Source: a virus. From it: 64,000 nt of DNA. Position numbers and translations under genes: made by a program. How positions within the stretch are numbered: the stretch's first letter is position 1; each line of letters begins with the position of its first letter. Location: positions 128,001 through 192,000 of the IMG/VR virus record IMGVR_UViG_3300045988_155520, one strand, 5' to 3'. The notes below the pieces were generated by a model. That model searched no databases, was not told where the DNA came from, and saw only the letters and a program-made list of their open reading frames with translations. Shown here one piece after another: positions 27,877-35,992 of this stretch.

Positions 27877-29901
27877 TTAGCGGAACTCAGAAATTGGCCA
27901 GTGTACGAGACCGTCAACACGAATGTGACCGTAGTAACGGTTGTTAACCATCTTCTTAGCATAACGGGTCATGATACCCTTAACAGGTGCAAAGTTGAAT
28001 GGGTTGAACATTGTAGGCGTCAAACTCATTGGTACATATGGTGCATAAATGTAACCAGTGTCAAGCAATGACTTACCCTTATGACCGATTATGATACTCC
28101 AGTGAGGTGCATATGGGTCACGATATACCTGATAACGACCACTCAAAGCACCGATGCGCTCGATACCCATGTTGTACTGGTCAGACTCAGCACTTGCGTC
28201 TGAAACGTGGAAGTACTCAAGGTTGTCGAAGAGTGCAGAAATCTCAGAAGAAACTACGATAAAGTTAGCACCACCACGAAGTGTTGACTTGTGAATCTGT
28301 GCAGAAATCTGATTTACCTTAGTCATCAACTCCTGATTCCAGTCTTTCTGTGTATAGTTAGTTGAGAATGCAGCCATACGTCTCCAGCCGTTAACATCCC
28401 AACGTGCCTGCCAAGGTGCACCCTTACGGAGGTCACGAAGAATCTCACGGTCAATCTCAGCAGCAATCTGCTCTGAAAGGATAGCTGTCAACTCAGCCTC
28501 AGCATCAATATTGTGGAATGCAGAAACGTCCTGTGCCAACTCTGGAGACCATGTTGCACGGAGTTTACGCTCCTCAACTGATACAGTAACTGCATCCATC
28601 TTGAATGAAACCTCACCAATTTCAGTCTCAAGTTCGAGTGAATCATACTGTGCCCAAGCTACCTTAAATAGCTGTGCCATATTTGCTTTGCTCTGAGTTT
28701 CATCATTAGCTACGATAGCAGCGTCTAACTCATCAGCATCAACACCTACATAGCCGTCAATTGTACCAGCCTGCTGTGCACATGTCTTAGCGAGGTCAAT
28801 CTCAATATACATCTTACCTTCAGCATCACAGATAGAACCGTACTCTACAATACCCTTACCATACTTCTGTGTAGCAACACGGAAAGGAACAGACTCATAC
28901 TTCTTGAAAGCTGCAGTCTTTACGTTACCACCAGCAATCTGCTTAGAAGCAATCTCTTTAGTTGTGATAACCTTGAGAGATGCGAGGAAGCCTTCTGTAT
29001 CCATCTCGTTACCATCAGGACCAGTTAAACGAGCTGCATTGAAAGCTGAGAAACCGTCAATCTGAAGAATAAGGTTACGGATTGTACCGTCAAAACCACT
29101 TCTCTCATACTCTTTAACGTTTGTACCTGTGAATGGACGCATACCAGCTGCAGTGCGAACTACAGGGAGTGCATTACCAACCTTAAGAGTTACCTTACCC
29201 TTAGAATTATCATAAAGGAAGTCATTGTAGAACAAGTCGTAAAGAGACTTCTCGAAGTACTCAGTTACCTCTGGACCAGCCTGACGAAGTGCCTCAACAC
29301 CAAGTTTAGCAGCCTTTGCTTTTGCAAGTGCAGCTGCATAAGTTGTACCCTGTGTATAATCCTCGCCCAACTGTGGTACATACCACTTCTCTTTATCCAA
29401 CTGTGATACAACCTCATCTGGCAAGTAGTAACGTGGCTCAACACGTCCTTCTCTATTGCGATTAACACGGTCATAGCCCATAAGACCCTTATGACGACCA
29501 GTAGTACCATCTACGATATCTGCTGGGTCCAACTGCTGTGCACCTGTAGGAAGTTCAAACTCTCTCTGTGATGTTACAGGAAGCAAGAAGAAGAGCTTAC
29601 CTACTGGGAGGTTCATAGCCTGAACTGATACAACATCGTTAGCAAGTAACTTGCTGAATACACGACGAATAATTGGGAAAACTACAGTTTCAAATGAACC
29701 AGAGTTATCTGAAGCAGTAGCCTCGCTAATAAGGTGCTTAGCCTCATTTTCATACAACGTAGCAACATTCTCTTTGATTGCACCCTCAAGACCCTCTGTA
29801 AAGCCGAGTGAGTCCCAACGCTTCTGAATGTCTTCACGTATCTTCTTTTGCATGTTCAGCTCGATATTGCCGACCTGACCGCTTGTTAAAAATTCTTTCA
29901 T
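27877..29901 (-). CDS. major capsid protein, T4 gp23 family
   Basis: Three segments parallel T4 gp23 as recalled: FPIIRRVFSKLLANDVVSVQAMNLPVGKLFFL; KLRATWSPELAQDVSAFHNIDAEAELTAILSEQIAAEIDREIL; and GRYQVYRDPYAP...GYIYAPYVPM...FAPVKGIMTRY. Confidence 0.9.
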   Translation of the reverse strand: MKEFLTSGQVGNIELNMQKKIREDIQKRWDSLGFTEGLEGAIKENVATLYENEAKHLISEATASDNSGSFETVVFPIIRRVFSKLLANDVVSVQAMNLPVGKLFFLLPVTSQREFELPTGAQQLDPADIVDGTTGRHKGLMGYDRVNRNREGRVEPRYYLPDEVVSQLDKEKWYVPQLGEDYTQGTTYAAALAKAKAAKLGVEALRQAGPEVTEYFEKSLYDLFYNDFLYDNSKGKVTLKVGNALPVVRTAAGMRPFTGTNVKEYERSGFDGTIRNLILQIDGFSAFNAARLTGPDGNEMDTEGFLASLKVITTKEIASKQIAGGNVKTAAFKKYESVPFRVATQKYGKGIVEYGSICDAEGKMYIEIDLAKTCAQQAGTIDGYVGVDADELDAAIVANDETQSKANMAQLFKVAWAQYDSLELETEIGEVSFKMDAVTVSVEERKLRATWSPELAQDVSAFHNIDAEAELTAILSEQIAAEIDREILRDLRKGAPWQARWDVNGWRRMAAFSTNYTQKDWNQELMTKVNQISAQIHKSTLRGGANFIVVSSEISALFDNLEYFHVSDASAESDQYNMGIERIGALSGRYQVYRDPYAPHWSIIIGHKGKSLLDTGYIYAPYVPMSLTPTMFNPFNFAPVKGIMTRYAKKMVNNRYYGHIRVDGLVHWPISEFR

Positions 29902-30030
29902 TAGTTAAATGAATTATTAATAATTATTTAATTTATTTCTTTTAAAAGAGTTTGAAATAATCAAAAGATTAAATCTTTATGAGTAAAACTCAATGGGATA
30001 ACTCATCATCCTCAGATTATATATTTGATT

Positions 30031-31440
30031 TTATACTCTACTTAATCTGTGCATTAAATCAAGAGATTCCAAAAGGTCTGCTGACTTATAAATTGGTGTC
30101 TCATTAATCTGCTTAGAACTTGTTGCACTGATATTAGCTGACTCTGTGATGTTCATCTTGTTAGCCTTTTTCAAGTTACGAGAAATATTCTCATACAAGT
30201 TCTTAGATTGTTCGATTGTTTTTGCCTCCTTGCCAAATCGTGCAATGATTTCCTTTTTCTCATCTTGAGATGTTGTATTTTCAGAAATCAACTTAATAAT
30301 TTGTCCAAGGTTGACATTTGTAACTGCTGCTTCCTGCAGAACTTTCTTGAACTTAACAAGAGTTTTCTTAAGTTCTTTATTCTCGTTGAAAATCTTATTA
30401 GCTTTACGAATAATTGATTCGTTAGTTTCACGAGATTCAGATTCTGCGCTGTAACGTGGTACAACAGTACCTTTACCAGAGTTACGAGCTTTTCTACCAC
30501 TTGAATTTGGTACGTGAGATTTAGAAGTTGAATTTTGCTGAACGAACCCACCTACGTTTGTAGCTTCCTCAATATCATCAGCATAAATTTCAAAAATTGT
30601 TTCATCTTTTGACTTCTTGCATCCCTCTGCAAATGGTTGATTCTCTGATTTACTATTCTTCTTACCAGACCAAGGTTTCTCTGAACCTTTAGATTTCAGT
30701 CCCTCAGAACCCCAATCTTTAGAATCCTTTTCATCTGCGACAGGAAGACCTTTAGTATCAAGTACATCATTCTTCTGGTAATTGTCAGTGTAACCTGCAT
30801 GTGAATCATACTCATTTAAAGCAAGTTCATAGATAGTTTCATTTGACTCATTTACACCAGATTCATTACCCATGTCAATAAGGTATTCAGCGCCAGTCTC
30901 ATTATCTTTCAGACTAACCTTGTTATCATCACCCTTATTAACCATAACCTGGTCATCGTCAGACAGCAATTTGTAAACTTTTACGATTTCATCGTCATCC
31001 GCTTCTGAGAAGTCATACTCATCATCTCCGACCTTATACTTTTCAAATGATGCCCATTCGTCACCATCTTCATCTGTACCGTTTTCAACTTTCTCAACCT
31101 CATCACCAGCACCCTCTGGTGTTACAGTAACATCTACAGTTGTATCGTCATCATCGGTATCAGAAGAACTTTCTGTGTCATCTTCAACTTGAGTTTCCTC
31201 AGTATCAGAATCATCCTCAGCATCATCTGCTGCCAGAGCTGCAGTATCTTCCACTTCCTCTTTATCATACTCATCCTCATCTTCCTCAGCGAGGATTCTT
31301 GCGTATGTATCACGTACTGTTTCAGAAAGAATATCCTTCACAGCATTTTCCGTATTTTCTTTCAGAGTTTGTGCAAGATTGTTATAACTCTCTAAAGAGT
31401 CTTTAACAGCTTTGCCTCTAATGTTATTAGTTTTCTTCAT
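30031..31440 (-). CDS. acidic scaffold-like (gp22-position) protein
   Basis: 469 aa with very Asp/Glu-rich N-terminal and central regions. It lies immediately upstream of the capsid gene, as gp22 does in T4. No sequence motif supports the call. Confidence 0.45.
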   Translation of the reverse strand: MKKTNNIRGKAVKDSLESYNNLAQTLKENTENAVKDILSETVRDTYARILAEEDEDEYDKEEVEDTAALAADDAEDDSDTEETQVEDDTESSSDTDDDDTTVDVTVTPEGAGDEVEKVENGTDEDGDEWASFEKYKVGDDEYDFSEADDDEIVKVYKLLSDDDQVMVNKGDDNKVSLKDNETGAEYLIDMGNESGVNESNETIYELALNEYDSHAGYTDNYQKNDVLDTKGLPVADEKDSKDWGSEGLKSKGSEKPWSGKKNSKSENQPFAEGCKKSKDETIFEIYADDIEEATNVGGFVQQNSTSKSHVPNSSGRKARNSGKGTVVPRYSAESESRETNESIIRKANKIFNENKELKKTLVKFKKVLQEAAVTNVNLGQIIKLISENTTSQDEKKEIIARFGKEAKTIEQSKNLYENISRNLKKANKMNITESANISATSSKQINETPIYKSADLLESLDLMHRLSRV

Positions 31441-31482
31441 TCTATCAAAACGAAATTAATACGTTATTTTTATTATAAATAT

Positions 31483-31650
31483 ATCAATCTTTTTAAAAAT
31501 TATCTGTAAAGTAAGGTATTACATACAGTGAACTACACTTTTTTTAAAAAATTATGTGCTTCGGGCTTCACAGAGGAATGGTCTTTCGAAAGATTGACTC
31601 TTACTTCCTCTCCACCCGTGTAATCGACAGTCCCTGCCGATATGTTATTA
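31483..31650 (-). ncRNA. candidate omega (re)RNA scaffold region of TnpB (inferred by position only)
   Basis: In characterised TnpB loci the guide RNA scaffold overlaps the 3' end of tnpB and the right end. Here only 92 nt separate the tnpB stop from the next ATG. A stem-loop lies at 31504..31528. Confidence 0.3.
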
Positions 31651-32840
31651 TTTAATCCGATACGAAGAATGTTAATTGCTGCATTCACATCACGGTCATG
31701 ATGCGTGTGACAAACTGGACATTCCCATTCTCGAACTGACAAATCTTTTATATCTTTGTTTACATACCCACAGACATTGCAAGTCTGAGAGGATGGGAAG
31801 TATCGGTCTACCTTAACAACCTTCTTGTCATTCCATTCTGCCTTATAGGTAAGCATGGAAACAAATTTACCCCAACTTGCATCAGTAATGGACTTGGCAA
31901 GACGATGATTTTTTGTCATACCCTTAACATTCAAATCCTCTATGCAGATAGTGTCATATCTTCTTACAAGAGAAATAGAACACTTATGCAGATAGTCGGC
32001 ACGACTATTGCTAATCTTCTCATAAAGTCTGGCAACTTTGAGTTTTTGGTTTTCAAACCCTCGGCTGCCTTTCTTCTTGCGAGAAAGATGCTGCTGCGCC
32101 TTAGCAAGTCTGCGTTCATATTTCTTCGTGTATCGGTTATTTTTAAAAGTTTCTCCTTCAGAAGTGATAAGCAAGTCCTTCAAACCCAAATCAACACCTA
32201 CAGACTTGCCCGATTTTTCAATTGGTGTAATGTATTCCTCTTCCATGAATACGGAAACGAAATACTTGTCGCTTGGTGTCTTGGAAATAGTTACCTTCCC
32301 TATTTTACCTTTTATCTCACGGTGAATACGGCACTTAATACCCTCCTTGAACTTGGGTATGAAAATCCTGTTTTCTGCGATAGAAGCGAATTGTGGTACG
32401 GTAAAACTATCCTTGGAATGCTTAGATTTGAATTTGGGAAACTTTGCACGCTTCTTAAAGAAGTTTTTATAGGCTGTATCAAGTGAACGAAGAGCAAACT
32501 GCAAGGATTGGGAATTTACTTCATTCAGCCATGCAGTTTCTTCCTGTTTCTTCATTTCAGTAAGACGCTTTGCTTGTTCGTAGTAATTATCACTCTTACC
32601 AGTTAGTCTATATTGTTCTTTACGCTCATTGAGAAAGGTGTTGTAAACATAGCGAGTACATCCGAAGTGCTTTGTCAGCAATTCGATTTGCCCCTTATTC
32701 GGTAGCAGTTTAAACCTATATGTCCTATTAATCTTTCTCATTTCACTTATAAATACAATAATAAATATTGTAAAATACAAAAAAAATTACAATAAATATA
32801 ATGTCTTACATTCCATAAACTTAAGAATTATGGATTTTAA
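31490..32840 (-). mobile_element. IS200/IS605-family element carrying only tnpB (boundaries approximate)
   Basis: An intact tnpB without an adjacent tnpA. Candidate subterminal hairpins lie at 32812..32834 (tccataa-N9-ttatgga) and 31504..31528 (ctgta..gtaa-tacc-ttac..tacag on the minus strand). G+C looks higher than in flanking DNA. Confidence 0.55.
31533..32741 (-). CDS. tnpB: TnpB (RNA-guided RuvC nuclease, OrfB_IS605 plus Zn ribbon)
   Basis: MRKINRTYRFKLLPNKGQIELL start. The RuvC triad is in context: VGVDLGLKD, ICIEDLNVKGM and HDRDVNAAINI. The zinc ribbon is CNVCGY...CPVCHTHH. The track's MYFTIFIIVFISE extension is rejected. Confidence 0.9.
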   Translation of the reverse strand: MRKINRTYRFKLLPNKGQIELLTKHFGCTRYVYNTFLNERKEQYRLTGKSDNYYEQAKRLTEMKKQEETAWLNEVNSQSLQFALRSLDTAYKNFFKKRAKFPKFKSKHSKDSFTVPQFASIAENRIFIPKFKEGIKCRIHREIKGKIGKVTISKTPSDKYFVSVFMEEEYITPIEKSGKSVGVDLGLKDLLITSEGETFKNNRYTKKYERRLAKAQQHLSRKKKGSRGFENQKLKVARLYEKISNSRADYLHKCSISLVRRYDTICIEDLNVKGMTKNHRLAKSITDASWGKFVSMLTYKAEWNDKKVVKVDRYFPSSQTCNVCGYVNKDIKDLSVREWECPVCHTHHDRDVNAAINILRIGLNNNISAGTVDYTGGEEVRVNLSKDHSSVKPEAHNFLKKV

Positions 32841-32905
32841 GGTACATTAAATAAATTAAGAGATTAATATAATATTTATTATTATATTATTAAATAATGT
32901 AAATT

Positions 32906-33622
32906 ATGAATAAGAAGACAGAATTAGTTGAAATTAAAAAAGACAAAACAGGAACAGGTCTATTGATAGAACAAGATGGTTTTGTACAATTAAATAAAAA
33001 AGATTTCACAAAAACAGTTAATGAAAGTAAAGACGGAAATGAATGGCATTGTCCTTATCCTTTCATTGTAGATGCTGTATTTCAAAAATATGACATCAAG
33101 AATGCTAATGGAAGAATTTATCCAGAAAAGGTGCTAAAGAAACAAGTGGAAATCTACCAGAAAAAAATAGAAGAACATCGTGCATATGGAGAATGTAATC
33201 ACCCTACTGAAAGTACTATCGACCTTGGTCGTATATCTCATAATATTATAGAACTACATTGGGAAGGTCATACTCTTGTAGGAAAGATGGAGTTAAATAT
33301 AACTGAGGGTTTCCGTAGACATGGTATGTGTACATCTTTTGGTGATACTATAGCAAATATGTTACTTAATGGTTATAAACTTGGCGTATCATCAAGAGGT
33401 GTTGGTTCTGTTGAGGAAAAACTTGGTCAATACATTGTTGGAGATGATTTTGAATTGATTTGTTGGGATGTTGTTTCAGACCCTTCAACACCTATGGCAT
33501 ATATTTCTACAGACGGTCCTGAAGGATTAGAGACTTATATTGAAAGTAAAAATAATAATCCTCTCAATAAAAAGATTGTTTCAGAAAAGATTAATAGAAT
33601 TAATAAAATTTTATCAGAGTAA
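32906..33622 (+). CDS. prohead core protease, T4 gp21 family
   Basis: NANGRIYPEKVLKKQV, GECNHP (catalytic His context), GVSSRGVGS (catalytic Ser context) and WDVVSDPSTPMAY parallel T4 gp21 as recalled. The gene is on the opposite strand to the rest of the head genes. Confidence 0.85.
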   Translation: MNKKTELVEIKKDKTGTGLLIEQDGFVQLNKKDFTKTVNESKDGNEWHCPYPFIVDAVFQKYDIKNANGRIYPEKVLKKQVEIYQKKIEEHRAYGECNHPTESTIDLGRISHNIIELHWEGHTLVGKMELNITEGFRRHGMCTSFGDTIANMLLNGYKLGVSSRGVGSVEEKLGQYIVGDDFELICWDVVSDPSTPMAYISTDGPEGLETYIESKNNNPLNKKIVSEKINRINKILSE

Positions 33623-33625
33623 TTT

Positions 33626-34306
33626 ATGAAAAAAATTGTTTTAACTGAAAATCAATTATCTAATCTTTCTAAACATATTTTGCAAGAAAGAACTTTCGAA
33701 GATATGTATTACGATTATACCGAAAATTTTGACGTAGAAAATGTATTTCAGAATTTCTTAGATAATCCTAATGGAGTACAGTCATGGACACCGCTGATTG
33801 ATGCAAATTCTTACAAACAAGCATTGCAAGAATTTACTAAATATGGACAATTTATTAACTTCCCAACAAAACTTCTTTATCAGTGGGTAGGAATTTTGTT
33901 AAGAAATACAATGCAGTTAGATTATAATACAATTTTAGCTGGTCATACACAATCTAATCCATATGTATATCTTTCTGAAGAATTTGATTATATGGTTGAA
34001 GAATTAGGTAAAACAGAATGTAATGGTGTTGATATTACAGATATCGGTGAACATAATATATATGATAAACTTGAGGAAATGGGTTTGTATGACTGGTTGA
34101 AGCTTCCCGATGGTTCTGATGCATGGAGTGATTTTGGTCTAAAACCTATTTACAATCATTTGAAAGAATATGATTCGTCAATGCCACCAGAGAAAGTTAT
34201 AGTTTTAATTAACAAAGTGCTGGATGTTTATCATCAAAGAGGTGACTTAGCTTCGGCATTTATTGAAGGTGGAAGAAGTACTTTAACACAAATTTCCAAC
34301 ACATAA
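33626..34306 (+). CDS. hypothetical protein with an N-terminal LTE module
   Basis: MKKIVLTENQLSNLSKHILQE start. Appears co-transcribed with the protease gene. Confidence 0.55.
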   Translation: MKKIVLTENQLSNLSKHILQERTFEDMYYDYTENFDVENVFQNFLDNPNGVQSWTPLIDANSYKQALQEFTKYGQFINFPTKLLYQWVGILLRNTMQLDYNTILAGHTQSNPYVYLSEEFDYMVEELGKTECNGVDITDIGEHNIYDKLEEMGLYDWLKLPDGSDAWSDFGLKPIYNHLKEYDSSMPPEKVIVLINKVLDVYHQRGDLASAFIEGGRSTLTQISNT

Positions 34307-34313
34307 CATAAAA

Positions 34314-34345
34314 AATAGCGAGATTTAATTGTCTCGCTATTTTTA
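34314..34345. terminator. bidirectional rho-independent terminator
   Basis: aatagcgaga-tttaattg-tctcgctatt forms a 10-bp perfect stem flanked by A-run and T-run. Confidence 0.75.
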
Positions 34346-34495
34346 TTATACTTCATTATCATCATCATCTCCAAATGGCTCGTAGTTATTTAAAACATCA
34401 TCAAAATTCTCATCATTTTCAATAACTTCTTTAACTACATTCTTAACCAAACTTTGTAAATCATCTTCGGTTAATTTAACTATTCTTTTTGTCAT
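34346..34495 (-). CDS. small acidic protein (49 aa) with a strong N-terminal KLTE module
   Basis: Hand translation gives MTKRIVKLTEDDLQSLVKNVVKEVIENDENFDDVLNNYEPFGDDDDNEV*. It is below the track cutoff. Confidence 0.5.
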   Translation of the reverse strand: MTKRIVKLTEDDLQSLVKNVVKEVIENDENFDDVLNNYEPFGDDDDNEV

Positions 34496-34498
34496 AAT

Positions 34499-34927
34499 CT
34501 ATTTTACTTTTGAAACAGAAAAATCATTATTTTCTAAACATTCTACAAGATTATCAGATACGTTACCAATACATTCAGAAAGTTCGTCATTTAATTCTTT
34601 TAAATTAACACAATCTGTCTGCTTAGCAAAAATATCGAATGAAAGAAACTTCTTATGTCCATACTTCATAGCACTTGGATTTATATCAAACTCAAAAATC
34701 ATTCCTCTTTCAAATCTTCCTGTTGATATAAGTCGATTTTTAAATTCTTTTTTATATTTGTTAAGAATAAAAGACATAGCATCATCATAATTCCCCTCAT
34801 ACATAGGAGTAATCCATGTTCTTCCATTAATATATACAACTTTCGGATTTTCCCTATTCATTGTGCCGTATTTCAATGTAACCTTGTCAGAAACATTTAA
34901 TTTAATTTCTTTGACCATCTTTTTCAT
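34499..34927 (-). CDS. hypothetical head-module protein (gp68-like by position only)
   Basis: 142-aa ORF between the portal and protease genes. Confidence 0.5.
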   Translation of the reverse strand: MKKMVKEIKLNVSDKVTLKYGTMNRENPKVVYINGRTWITPMYEGNYDDAMSFILNKYKKEFKNRLISTGRFERGMIFEFDINPSAMKYGHKKFLSFDIFAKQTDCVNLKELNDELSECIGNVSDNLVECLENNDFSVSKVK

Positions 34928-34983
34928 AAACTATATCCCTTTATTAAAAGGTAAAGTAAAAAATAAGAAAGTCAAATTAGAAA

Positions 34984-35913
34984 TTAATCTTTGTCTTTTA
35001 AAACATCACAAATTTCTATCAGTTTAGCCAAATCACGGACTATTGTTTCAGAAGAATACTGCATACCCTGTATTTGTTCCTCTAAACGTTTTAAGTTATC
35101 TAATTCTTCAGAATCCTCTGTAACTGATAACAATTTACCAATCTCCGTTAAACTTTCATTCTTAAACTTATCTAACAACTTTTCACGCTTGGTATCAGCA
35201 TTCTTATTACGTATATTAGTTATATCCATAACAAGGCTTCTTTCGTCTTCATTAAGTTTATCTTTAAAAGTATTGTTGAAGTTATTAAACATTTCATCCA
35301 AATCAATCTTATCTGGATTAGTCGCACGATGTTCGTTAATGTAGTTACTAACAGTCATTAAACTATCAGATAATTTATTAATATTGGATAAGTTTTCACG
35401 TTTGGTTAACAAAGTATTACAACTCTCAAAGAAACGTCTTTTTTCATAAGATAATTTATCAGAAGGATATATTTCATTATCTTTCAAAAGTTTCGCTAAT
35501 TTAGCATTTGACTCTTTAATTGTCTTTTTATCCAGTTTACCTTCCGTGAGATTTAATGCCGTTCTTACAAAAGATGTACTGTCTGTAACACCATTATAAC
35601 CACGCAAAGCATTATAAAATTGGAATTGAGAAAGCAGATTCTTATCTTCTTTAATGGTACGCATAACACGTCCAACCAGTTTTCTATCTTTCTTAAATAA
35701 TTCTGGAAGTTCACTTTCAAAAATATGATTTAAAATACCAAAATTATTACCTTTATACTCATTTTCCATTTCCTGCTGTTTCAAAGCTACAGATACAGTA
35801 TCTTCAAATAATTCCACAGCATGATTATAAGTTTCAAAATCCTTTTTATCTAAAGATTCCTTTATAATTTTTATAAAATTATCTACCTTTTTATTGTATT
35901 CTGATTTTTTCAT
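34984..35913 (-). CDS. hypothetical head-module protein
   Basis: 309-aa helical, charged ORF directly downstream of the portal gene. Confidence 0.55.
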   Translation of the reverse strand: MKKSEYNKKVDNFIKIIKESLDKKDFETYNHAVELFEDTVSVALKQQEMENEYKGNNFGILNHIFESELPELFKKDRKLVGRVMRTIKEDKNLLSQFQFYNALRGYNGVTDSTSFVRTALNLTEGKLDKKTIKESNAKLAKLLKDNEIYPSDKLSYEKRRFFESCNTLLTKRENLSNINKLSDSLMTVSNYINEHRATNPDKIDLDEMFNNFNNTFKDKLNEDERSLVMDITNIRNKNADTKREKLLDKFKNESLTEIGKLLSVTEDSEELDNLKRLEEQIQGMQYSSETIVRDLAKLIEICDVLKDKD

Positions 35914-35950
35914 TTGTATAACATGTTTTACCTAAATAAATAGTATAAAT

Positions 35951-35985
35951 AAACAAAAAGATGATGCTATAAAAACATCATCTTT
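35951..35985 (-). terminator. rho-independent terminator after the portal gene
   Basis: On the minus strand, aaagatgatg-N9-catcatcttt is followed by TTTGTTT. Confidence 0.65.
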
Positions 35986-35992
35986 TTAAAAT

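Noticed and set aside
32742-32780. N-terminal extensions in the ORF track: MYFTIFIIVFISE before TnpB, MFLLFFICIFAN before the endonuclease (27790..27825), MLGSVHYVQKIC... before the sigma-like gene (12724..12798), and MILFICKQYF (13517..13546).
   Set aside because: The extensions translate AT-rich promoter or intergenic sequence into hydrophobic junk. Family-typical N-termini (MRKINRTYRFKL, MKKITLT, MAKRGRKPS) start at the internal Met.
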